Notes under the pieces: model-generated | Seen by the model: only the letters and a program-made list of their open reading frames with translations | Database searches by the model: none | What the model was told of the DNA's origin: nothing | Assembly (NCBI GenBank): GCA_030704615.1 | Contig: CM060731.1 | Coordinates: 63,364,001 to 63,428,000 of the forward strand | Direction of reading: 5' to 3' | Source of the DNA: Takakia lepidozioides | Lineage: Eukaryota > Plantae > Bryophyta | DNA: 64,000 bases | Program-made: the position numbers and the translations under genes | Part shown: piece after piece, positions 47,694 through 58,964 of the stretch | Numbering within the stretch: position 1 is the stretch's first letter | How the letters are laid out: the number at the start of each line of letters is the position of its first letter

Positions 47694-50638
47694 GACAAAT
47701 AAACAGTAAAGAACGACTCTGGCTGGAGTTCTTCTCAGATCCGTCACAGTTGTGGGACAACAGGTTTGATAAGGTGAGGCCACCTTCATTTTTTTGGGAG
47801 GGATGTGGCTTAAGCTGCCATGATGGTGTTGTCTGGAGATGTTTTGCGGACTGGATTGTATCTCCAGCCCCTTCAATTGTTTCCAATTTTTTTCGTGGTT
47901 GGGAAAAAGCGGCAGAAGCATTCTTTTCTGTTGCCATCATTAATTTGTTCATTGTTCCTCCTGTTACTTGAAAGATGCTTCGATTCTGGTGGTCGTAGCG
48001 GTCTATGTGAGGTTCTGGTGGAAACCACGCCTGCTCATCTGCCCACTTCTGGTTTTCACAGAGAAGTCCAACATCGCCAGACTTCCGATGTAAGTGCACA
48101 AATGAAGCCCTTTGGATTGGTTGCCGCTGGAACCCTTCCTGGCTGAAAGCAGTGCTAGCTGCCAGGACACAAGGTGGAGAAAAATTGGATAAAATAGTCA
48201 GCGAGTCTTCAAGCACTTGTGGGCATGTGAGGACACTATGTAAGACAGGACGATTGAAAGAGGCGCTGCACATTTTGCACAAACAGGGGATTTCTGCGGA
48301 CTCCCATACGTATGTCTGTCTGTTACAGGAGTGTATGAAAATTAATAACCTTGAGATGGGTAACCAGGTGCATGTCCACATTAGACATTTTGGATTCAGA
48401 CCTGCCATTATTGTACTCAACACCCTTGTCAACATGTATGCCAAATGCGGCAGCGTGGTGTCTGCACGCCAAGTGTTTGACAAAATGCCTGAACGAGATG
48501 TCTTTACATGGACCATAATGATAGCAGGATACGTGAAGCATGGATGTGGTGGGGAGGCTCTTGACATGTATCAGCAAATGATACAGGAAGGTGTCAAACC
48601 CAACAATGTCACATTCATCAGTGTTATCAAGGCATGTGCCAGCCTAGGAGCCCTGGAAAAGGGCAAGAGGGTCCATTCTGACATCATGAAAGCTGGCATT
48701 GTGTCGTGTATCAATTTGGAGAATACCCTTGTTCACATGTATGCCAAGTGTGGGAGTGTGAGGGATGCACGTCAAGTGTTTGACAGTATGGCTAAACGAG
48801 ATGTGATCTCATGGAATGCAATGATCACAGGATATGCTCAACATGGGTGTGGTATGGAGGCTTTGATGATTTATGACCAAATGACATGGGGAGGGGTGAC
48901 ACCCAACATTGTCACGTTCATTTGCATTCTCAATGCATGTGGCAGCATTGTTGCCCTCCAAAAGGGGAAAGAGATCCATACAGATATCATCAAAGCTCGA
49001 ATTACACCAGATAAAATTCTAGAAACTGCCCTTGCTGTCATGTATGCCAAATGTGGAAACATGAAGGATGCGCGTGAAGTGTTTGAGAATATGGCTGAAT
49101 GCGATGTGGTCTCATGGAGTGCTATGATTGCAGGGTATGCTGAACTTGGGTGCAGTATGGAGGCTTTTGAGATGTATGACCAAATGATACAGAAAGGGGT
49201 GATGCCTGACAAGGTCACGTTCATTTGTGTTCTCAATGCGTGTGCCAACTTGGCAGCCTTGGAAAAGGGCAAGGAGATCCATGCTGAGATAATCAAAGCT
49301 GGAATTGCCCCATATATCAATTTGGGGAATGCTATTATTCACATGTATGCTAAATGTGGGAACATGAATGATGCGCGTCAAGTGTTTGACAGTATGGCTG
49401 AACGAGATGTGGTCTCATGGAATGCAATGATTGGAGGCTATGCTCAGCATGGTGGGTTTGGTATGGAGGCTTTAGAGATGTATGAAGGAATGATCCGGGA
49501 AGGAGTGACCCCCAACAAGGTCACATTCATTTGCATTCTCTCTGCATGTGCCAGCCTTGCAGCCCTGAAAAAGGGCAAAGAGGTCCATGCTGACATCATT
49601 AAAGCTGGTATCGAGCCAGATATTAATTTGGAGAATACCCTTGTGAGCACGTATGCCAAATGTGGGAGTGTAAAGGATGCGAATCAAGTGTTTGACTGTA
49701 TGGTTGAACAGGATGTGGTCTCATGGAATGCCATGATTGCAGGATATGGTCAGCATGGATGTGGTAGGGAGGCCCTTCAACTTTTTGAACAGATGCAACA
49801 GGAAGGCTTGGAGCCAGATAGTGTCACCTTCATCTGTCTTCTCTCTGCATGTAGCCATGTGGGTCTAGTGGATGAAGGCCATCACTACTTTGATTCAATG
49901 AGTCAAGATCATGGGGTCACTCCTACGGCAGAGCATTTTTGCTGCATGGTGGACCTTCTTGGCCGTGCAGGACTATTGGACGAGGCAGAGGATGTAATTA
50001 ACAAAATGCCAATCAAACCAGATGCGGCGGTGTGGGGAGCCTTGCTTGGTGCCTGCAGGATCCATGAGAATGTTGAGGTAGGAGAACGTGTGGCAAAATG
50101 CCTTCGTGAGTGGGATCCACATGATGCTGCATCTTATGTGCTGCTATCAAACATCTATGCTGCTGTTGGCAGGTGGGATGATACAGCGAAGTTGAGGAAA
50201 ATGATGCAGGACGAAGGTGTCAGAAAGGAGCCAGGGCAAAGCTGTATTGAGGTGGACAGCCAGGTGCACACATTTGTTGGAGAGGATGAATTGCATCCAC
50301 AAATTGAGGATATCCATGCTGAACTGAAGAAATTGTCTTGGCAGATGAAGGAGGCTGGGTATGTGCCTGACACACATTTTGTCTTGGGTGATGTGGAGGA
50401 GGAACAAAAGGGTTTTTTCCTTTGCCACAACAGTGAGAAGCTGGCCATTGCTTTTGGACTGATCAGCACACCCCCTGGGACTTGTATCCGTGTCATGAAA
50501 AATGTTCGGGTGTGTTGTGACTGCCACAGCACCACAAAGTTCATCTCAAAGATAGTTGGCCGGGTTATTGTTGTACGGGATGCCAACCGCTTTCACCACT
50601 TCCAAGACGGGCTTTGTTCTTGTGGGGATTACTGGTGA
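47694..50638 (+). CDS. PLS-class PPR-E-DYW protein with N-terminal PDF motif and HxE->NxE deaminase variant; exons 47694-47773 and 48062-50638
   Basis: 828-aa ORF of P-L-S repeats, [33 protein letters not shown]; upstream exons [19 protein letters not shown]|[18 protein letters not shown]. Confidence 0.93.
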
Positions 50639-51534
50639 GACAAGCAACGTAAATGACAGACTGCCGCCTTCAAACATTTCTGTGAAACGGTAAATTGATA
50701 TATCCTATTTCTCATAAGCATAGAGGAAAGTTGAAAGAAGTTCAGCAGCAGTGAAGTCATTTGATACTTTGTTGCAGAGCAGTTGTCAAGAGATCTTGCA
50801 TGGTATGCATGCTGAAAAATTTGAAGTCAGTGATTTATCAATAGTTCGGTGAGCAATTGTTGTACAGGAAGCCAACTGTTTCAGTACTTCGAAGAGGGAA
50901 TCGGTTGTTGTGGGGATTACCAGTAGTATTATCATATCCAACATTGGCATGAAGAAAATCCTAGACTTGAAAGTTGTGTATCCAAGAAGGTTGAACAAGG
51001 GGATTCTGAAAGATTGTGGAAACACAGGCTTCAGTTACTTCAGAAATGACACAGGGAGGGTTGATGTACTGTGCTATCACTCAGCTAATGATGAACTTGG
51101 CATAGGGTGAAAACTGTGAGCATGATCAAGAATCGAAGATAAACTTACCCACGATTTTAGCTTCTAACGCATTTATTTCAGTGTGGCAAAGGGTCCTAGT
51201 CACGATTAATGTTTGAAATCTTTATTATAGTTGGAGATGCTGAAAAGAGGGTTGAGAGTCTGAGATGAAAGTAAAATGCATGTGGTATGTCAACTAACCT
51301 CTACGTTCTCTACTAGACTCCTTTTTCAGCATGATATCGACATCTGTGTGCAAACTGAGAACTCAAAGATTTCTGTGAGGGCATCTTGGATTTATGGCTT
51401 TCCCAGTCCATGTGGCAGCTGCACGCAGTAGTGGATCTAAAGATCCGCGCTTCTTCATCAGCTTCAAGGCCTGCTTCCGCCAACCCTGGTGCAAGGTTTG
51501 GAAGGCCTGGGATGTTGTCAGTGGCATCCCCAGC

Positions 51535-51680
51535 ACCTGAGGCATCACAGTGTAAATGAAATACCACATGCCAGTGAGGGTTAATCAGTACAGGTGTAGT
51601 TGTCACTGACAATGTAAGTTCTTCAAAAGCCTGTTGACATTCAGCTGTCTATGCAAACATTGCAGACATCTCCAACCAAG
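51535..51680 (-). mobile_element. short Ty3/gypsy RT-RNase H connection fragment
   Basis: FA*TAECQQAFEELTLSVTTTPVLINPHWHVVFHLHCDAS. Confidence 0.6.
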
Positions 51681-53869
51681 ATCAAAATTAGGGGAGAAGT
51701 GATGTAGTGCTACATGATGCTGGAGTGTGTAGACAGACAAGTGCCCAAATTCGGGTAGGGGGAGCATGTGGAGCTAAGGAGAGAGATCACCACAAGGACA
51801 TGACAAAGAGCATGGAATCCATGGATCAACTGCAGTCACACGTGTAAGTTGGCTTCAAGACCTATGGGGGTGTGAGCCCTCACCGGCGGTACTTGTTGCG
51901 CCTAGCTTTGTATGTGGGCATCAACGCCTGTCTGTACTCATTTCCTCTCTCTCCATCCATCATGGGTCATGGTTCACCACAGTGAACAACAACCACATCC
52001 ACACTGCCTTCAGCCTCCCTGTCACCTTTCATAGCAAGGTGGGTGCATGTCAACCAAGTACAATCTTTTTCTTGGCCCTCTCTCACTCCAAAATCCTCTG
52101 TTCTTCTTTAGTGCACCACCAATTTCCAGAATTCTACCTATTTCTCCACTATTGAGCTTTATGTCGCCGGCTGCTGGAACTTGTGTGCTGACATTTGTTG
52201 ATTCTGAGGGCGCAAGATTAAGGGACAAGGCTGCCAGACTGACTCAACAGCGAATGTGAGGGGGCTGACATGGAGTAAGGGATGCAGCATTGAACCGGCC
52301 TCCATAGAGCACCTTCTCTCATATCAGTCCTTCCCAGGATGCATTAAAGATATTGTCTGGCTGTCAATGTTCAACCCAAGACAATTCAGTGTGGTATTGC
52401 AAAATATTCCTCACAGCACGTGCCATCTGCGAACTTGAGCTCTTGCTCACCTCAGCAGAAATGTGGCAGGGGAAAAGAGAATGTATTCATAAGACATTGT
52501 TTGCCGTAGCATGCAGGGGAGAAGAGAGAGTGTACGATTATCGTAGCTTGTGGCCATGGATCCTGAGCCCAGTTTGGGTGGAACAAATGATTTCCTCTAG
52601 AATGCCCTTCACACAAGCATCAATCTGCCATGTGTGAGCGGCCCAGCAATTATATCCCAAAGGGCCGAGAAAATGAATACCGTCTTCAGGCTGCCTGCAT
52701 GTGAAATCAAAGGTCCACCGAGAAACCCCATTGTCCGTTTAATGAAATTGGAGTCCAAACAATTCGAATCCTCTTCTTGTGCTTGGCACTGAGAAGCATC
52801 AGCTGCATTTGTCAGACACTTCATGAGAGCCACAAGGGTGAATGTGAGAAATCGCACACTTTAGCACTGGCTGCAAATATTGGGGTAATGCCCCCACATG
52901 CGCATGGCAATCTGGACACCAAGGGGTGAATCCTTGTGGGAAACTCATAGCTTTGGTGCTGGCCAAGGCATTGCACCTGCACTCTGTTAATAACAGTAAG
53001 GCAATGACAATCTCCATTTCCTCTCTGCATCTGTTTATTGCTCAGAGGGAGACTCGCCATCCTTAGTCTAGACCCTTCAGATCATCCTTTTTGGTGGCAT
53101 CACCCACCTTTTACCCAAAACCCTCGCTCTGGCATCTTCAATGGGCTGATTAATGAAAACATTGACGAGCAGTTGGGAGAGGGCATATTGTGAAGATATG
53201 AGCAAGCCACGGCTTGTGGCGTGCATGGATACTCTCTACCTTATCGAATTTTCATGGGCTAGCCTGAGGCCTGACATTTCACATGTGATCGTGAACTTTT
53301 GCATCACCCCGATTCAGCAAGGAGGCAGTCGTAGTAGAAATGTTCAATTTTCATTAGTGTATACGGAGCCAGGTTCACCCTATGTAACAATATGCAACTC
53401 ATTCACATTAGTCTCTTTGCCATCTTGTTCTAAGCACAATCCCTCGTAACCCATAAGAATCGTGTATTCAGGCTCTTGGTTCAACAGCTTCGTGCTCTGC
53501 ACCTCCCTGAAAAATGCCATGTTAGTCATCATTACATGCTATATATACTTACATTACAGACGGTTTTTTACAAAACAGTTACACAAAGAGTACTTTACTA
53601 AAAAAAGAAATAAACATAGAAGAACTCACAAATTAAAAGCCATGACACTGCAGAAATGCTTACCTTACACCAGCTTGATCATTTATGAAGCTCCTCGACT
53701 AATGCACCAGGTGTCTTTGCATCGGTAACACCGATATTTATGTTGCAATTTGTAAGGTTCCCCGAAAACTGGTGCCCTATTATCTTGACAACTGCGAAGT
53801 AACGACTTGCAGCCTTCCATCTATCTATAGAAGCCATTGAGATTCAGTGCAATATCGCAGTCACAATAA

Positions 53870-54395
53870 GATGAGAATTACCTTTAAGGAATATCTGAAA
53901 TGATCTCCGTACAGTGCTGCTACATCTTAATATGAAAGAACGACGAGTGAGTCTCCATTCCCTACGAGTAGTGTAGCATCAAACACATAAGAAAAAACAC
54001 AAAAATGCACTTGAAAGGAAACAGAGACGAACTGACTCTTGCCCCATTACTTGCAATTAGCTGCTACATGTGCGAATACCTGAAACGATCTGATTACAAT
54101 GTTACAAACTACATCTTGAAATGAAAGCGCCACGAATGAGCAGCCTAACCTTAGCCTAACACATCATTCAACAAAAACACAGAAATGCACTTGAATAGAA
54201 ATAGAGACGACAGATTCTTGTCCCATTACATGCAATTAGCTACAGATACCATGAAATATCTGAAACGATCTCAGTAGAGTGCTACAAAGCCAAAGAAATT
54301 ACATCTTGAAATGAAAGAGCTACGAGTCTCGCTCCATTTCATGCGAGCATTGTAGCCTAGTCTACGACTACCCCATTGCCTGCAATTAGTTACAT
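53870..54395 (+). repeat. degenerate ~180-bp tandem repeat (about 3 units)
   Basis: aaaaacac.aaatgcacttgaa...gagacga...ccattac.tgcaattag at 53993 and 54173; ctacatctt...atgaaag recurs three times. Confidence 0.75.
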
Positions 54396-57300
54396 GTAAA
54401 CCATCATGAATAGACATAGATCACTATAGAACTCGAGCTTCTCGAGCTCGAGAAGCTTATGTAGAAGCCATTGCGGCGCGACAAGAAAGGTTAGGGATGG
54501 AAGATCGATGGTTAGGGATTGAAGATTGATGTTTGCCGAAAAATCGATCGCATGAAAACTGATCAGGAAAATTGAACAGTTCTACTACGCAGCGGAACTG
54601 GGTTCCTGGGCAACCGGCGAACTCATGCCAGTTCCACTATACGTAACCCTTTCCCGGTAACCCAGCTCTCGCATGATGTCGGTAAGACGGATGTCGTTGC
54701 CCGAGAAGCTTTCGAAAACAGCTGGCAATGCTCAGCAAGAGATGAGTGTATCTGGGTGACATGTGGAGAGATTCTCTTGCACGGTACAACGTCAAGAATG
54801 ATACTCAAGGGAAACAGCATATCATACATAATATTGGCGTCTCTGATCCATCTCACTGGCTCAAGCTCCGCTACCTTCCCAACGCAAATTTTGCACCGAG
54901 TTTGACTGCTGCTCCTTGACATGAACTATATATATTCATATGTATAGCTTTCTGATCATGTTCAAGGAAGATTTGAGTTGTATAACTTGCTGCCATTTGC
55001 TGGTTTATGTCTGCTAGATCTCAAAAAGTAGACACTACGCATCCTGTGAATGTTATGACTCTCACTTTGGTGGGTTTCCCAAACTGTCCGAAGTAGGGGA
55101 ACAATATAGAACTCATTTCACTGTACACCAGCTCAATACAACAACTGCGTAGTTGGAGCTGATTGATCTTTCTTGCATGTGAAGTAAAACTTCTCATTGA
55201 GAGAAGAAATTTTCTTGCAGTAGCCTTGTGGCATAGAGAGAGAGAGTGTGTGAGTGTGTATGTGTGTGTGAGAGATATAGAGGTTATAGAGGTGGTCATG
55301 GTCCCGTGGATTCCTGTCCAAGTTTATACCTGCAAAACATTTACACTGAAAATCATCATACTTCTCTCATAATCAGCCGTGACTCCTACATATCAATTGC
55401 GTCATACCTAGAAGCTGCCTAAACTCTATCTTCATCCTCTCCATTTCAGTGGAGCTCACGTACTAAAACAGAATCCATCGCCACCTCATTGCCAGACTCA
55501 CCGTGTAACACCATCACGTCGAAGCTTATTGTGATGAGGTCTCATGCAGGTATGTAATAAGCCCCAGGATCAATGCAACTCTGTTCGGAAGAAGGAATAT
55601 TCCAGTTGCAGCGTTAACAAACTGTCAGCCTTACAGTTTCCTTTTGTTTATCATTCACTTGAATGGATGGATTGAGCGGATGAATACTCTAACTATAATT
55701 GCCTGAGCCTGGACTCATCTTGTCATTTATCTCCCACAAGTTTTCGTGCAATGAACCGTTCTCTCGCGTCTCACAAGGCTGCCAGGGAAGATCAGCTGCG
55801 CACAGAATCTGAGATGGTCAAGAGCAAGTCGAGCAAATCCAAGAACAAAGCAGGAGCATCACCAAAGCTCACGTGTGCTAGAGGACAGGACATGCTGAGC
55901 TACCTGGTGAGCTCTTGGCTGCGTTCTACGGGGTGGGGGACTTGAATTCGCCACCTCCCGTGAACCCGTAAGGGCTTCACAAACCAAAAAAACAAAAAAC
56001 AATAAGGGTCCTTTGGACCCACCCACGCCAATTTTTTCATTTTTTCAGAACGTTCTAAGTACGGATTCTAAGCTCTCAAAGCTCGTAGAACCAGGCACAT
56101 AGGACGTTTCATGCTACATGTGCGATAAACTCTTTCCCGTCATGCCGGGAAGCATTCGAGTCTCAGGTGTTAATTCAAAGTTCCTCACAATGGTTGCACA
56201 CTCTTGACTCTGTGAATTAGCATTTAGGAACCTAACTGTACCTTCTTCCATACACCTTAATTGGACCAGCATCTGGCTGTCTCGCTGGAACCTGATCTGT
56301 TTGTGCCATATTTGGAGAGGCTTTGATCTCTTCCGCCTGCTGGGTCACTGACTTAGCCCGATGTCTATCCATTTACGTTGACCTGCGTTTGGCGATCTTG
56401 CATACAGAAGAAAGTTGCTCAGATACTCTGGAAGCACGGGGTAATGGACTGTCAAAAGTCTGGCAGAGTGCAAACCGAAATTTCAATCGATCGATGCGTG
56501 AGGCTTAGACAATTGAGTAGGAATTGAGACAGGTGCACATCAAACAGAAACGAACTGAATTGATGGTGTTTCGACGGAGGTTGAGATGACCACGAAACGA
56601 TCCGATTTATTTTTGTCCGAATTTTTGGCCACATGCTCTTTAGCTTGTGACAACTGAATTTTCATTCCTTCATATCCATGTTCTCCTGATTGGTGGCAAG
56701 GCCTTTTGGTGCTACTTGGAATGATTCTTAGTAACTGCGCTGTAACCCTTGAGACAGCTTCTATTTCCCGCTGTCCAGCTTCACATACTTTATTGTTGGC
56801 AGTTCATATTTACATCCTGCCTTCATTTGCATGGAGGCATCTACAAACTAAGATGTTACTAGAAATATGGAATGAATCTTCTTAGGAGGACGAACTAGAG
56901 ACATGATTTGAATAGATCATGCCGTGCGGGCAAGAACTAGATTTGTAGGAAACCTGTATGTGCAAATCTCTCTTCTCTCTTGTTTGTGGACGGAGGAACT
57001 GTCCCACTAAAATGCCAAAAAGATGCTGATAGAGCACACCATCTCTATCAAAGGGGCTGTATTCTAGATTTTGCGATAGTCCAGTCACCCAAATGACAAA
57101 CTCTCATTTGACCCTGTTGTGCTATTTCACTTGCCAAGTAATCTGCTCACCTTTGGAGGTGCTTCCAAAGGAAACTTCACTAGCCAGGTTGGCAGTAAAA
57201 TGGGATCTGTAACTATGTGAAGACAGTAAATTTGTGAAGAAGCGAAAGTTAAAGAGTGTTAAACGTTCGTTGTTTATATACCTTTCACAGTAACATGGTT

Positions 57301-57789
57301 GCCAGCTGTCCAAGTTAAAGGCCTATTTGCACAAGCAAGAAAGGGTGTACATGGAAGTGGTGGGGCAAACATGTAAAAGTCAAACCCTTTTCATTTCAAC
57401 AGGAATGGGTCCACATAGAAGTGTGCCCTGAGTCTTATTATGGAATTACGAGAAATACAGTTGTGGTTGGGATCAAGCAGTGATGCAAAATCTGCAGGAC
57501 ACAGGGGAATCCTCCTCTCAAGTCTCTGTCAGATGGACTATCTGCAAAACTATGTGAGGCAGAAAGAAAGGAGGATCTAATGTGTATTGCACAATGTGTA
57601 AAACGAGCTGGGCAGCAGTCTTTTCTAGAATCTGCGATATTCTCTTTAGATTTCTGGCTTACCTTATCAAGTGATAAACTTGGGATGTACCTCATCAACA
57701 AAATGTAGGCCATTGTCAGGTAAAACTGCACATCAGCATTTTTGGGGAATATATTGCCAGTCTCAGAGTATTAGCAGAATTTGATCACC

Positions 57790-58885
57790 AAAACTTCACA
57801 CTGGAGAGCTGACTGGTGATTCTTGTAGCTATTGATCCACAGGGAATCAGAAGTAATCTTGTGTTTGAAATCCGGCCCTCTTGGATGAATCTGGACCTCT
57901 ATCCCTGGTCCTTCAGCTATCCCTGCCTGTGTAAAAATCATGAATACAACCTCAGCCTTGCTGCTAGCAGTTGACACTGACGGCGTAAAGTTCTTCCAGC
58001 AAACACCCCAACCCTACTTATTACAGTAGTTCTAATTCTGAATTGCATCTGCTTCTCTCTGTAGTCCAACAGGCATTCACCTTTTTGTCTCCATTGTCCC
58101 ACCATTGACTGGGGTCGGAGAAGTGTTCATTCCAAAGCTTCTCCTCATCTCTGTTATCTGTTTTTGGATACTTTCCTGCTGCCACACATCGGCAGTAACT
58201 TGTCAAAGTCACTCCAAACCACCACAGATCTACCCAACGAGCTAACTTACAGAATTCAATATGCATCTCAGGGCCGAGTCTGATGAGAGGGAAAAACAGG
58301 CAGAAATAGGTTGAAGAAGAAGGTTCCCTCACCACATTGTCCTTGACCTTGTGTCATGACCCATGCAGGATTTAACCGAGTCTGATGAGAGGGAAAAACA
58401 GGCAGAAATAGTTTGAAGAAGAAGGTTCCCTCACCACATTGTCCTTGACCTTGTGTCATGACCCATGCAGGATTTAACCGGATCCACCCAATGAACTAAC
58501 TTACAGAATTCAATATGCATCTCAGGGCCGAGTCTGATGAGAGGGCAAAACAGGCAGAAATAGGTTCAAGAAGGTGCCTCACCACATTGTCCTTGACCTT
58601 GTGTCATGACCCATGCAGGATTAAACCGACCATCAACCCAGAAGGACCTCTTGTGTGTGCTGCTTGTGTCTGTAGTCAGGTAATGTCGGATTGGTCTGTG
58701 AGAACCACCGCGGTGCAGCTGAGCAGGCAGAGATTGAAACACAGTCTGCTAAGACCAAGCTGACTCTCCCAAGAACCTTGTAAACATCAGGAACAATACC
58801 AAATGATGGTACTTCTTCACATCGTACATTAAGAAAAAGCCACACCTTTTTGTCCCACCATCGTGTCCACACAACCATGAACTCT
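57790..58885 (-). pseudogene. third PDF-motif locus (gene fragment or short gene), no PPR array seen downstream
   Basis: Spliced exons ...EEKLWNEHFSDPSQWWDNGDKK| (~58175-58081) and IHPRGPDFKHKITSDSLWINS (from ~57890); same intron position as in the two PPR genes. Confidence 0.65.
58227..58625 (+). repeat. near-identical ~102-150-bp tandem triplication in an intron
   Basis: ccgagtctgatgagagg...gacccatgcaggatt at 58274, 58376 and ~58528. Confidence 0.9.
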
Positions 58886-58964
58886 GCAGGCAGCAAGCCA
58901 TACTCAACTGTGGGGTTAGTTACTTCAGAAGTTGGTCAAACATTCAAAGAGCAGTAAGATTGCA

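Noticed and set aside
43070-50586. Many antisense and alternate-frame ORFs over the PPR genes (also over JmjC and TGD1)
   Set aside because: Shadow ORFs of repetitive or long coding sequence, with no independent motifs.
45230-50638. U-to-C (KP-type) DYW editing factors
   Set aside because: PG box, SE-KLA and terminal DYW match the C-to-U type.
51700-56450. Possible degraded genes (exon-like pieces at ~52.0-53.5 kb, 54.6-54.9 kb, 55.3 kb and 55.7-56.4 kb)
   Set aside because: Splice-like signals exist but the frames are broken and I recognise no family; not supportable.
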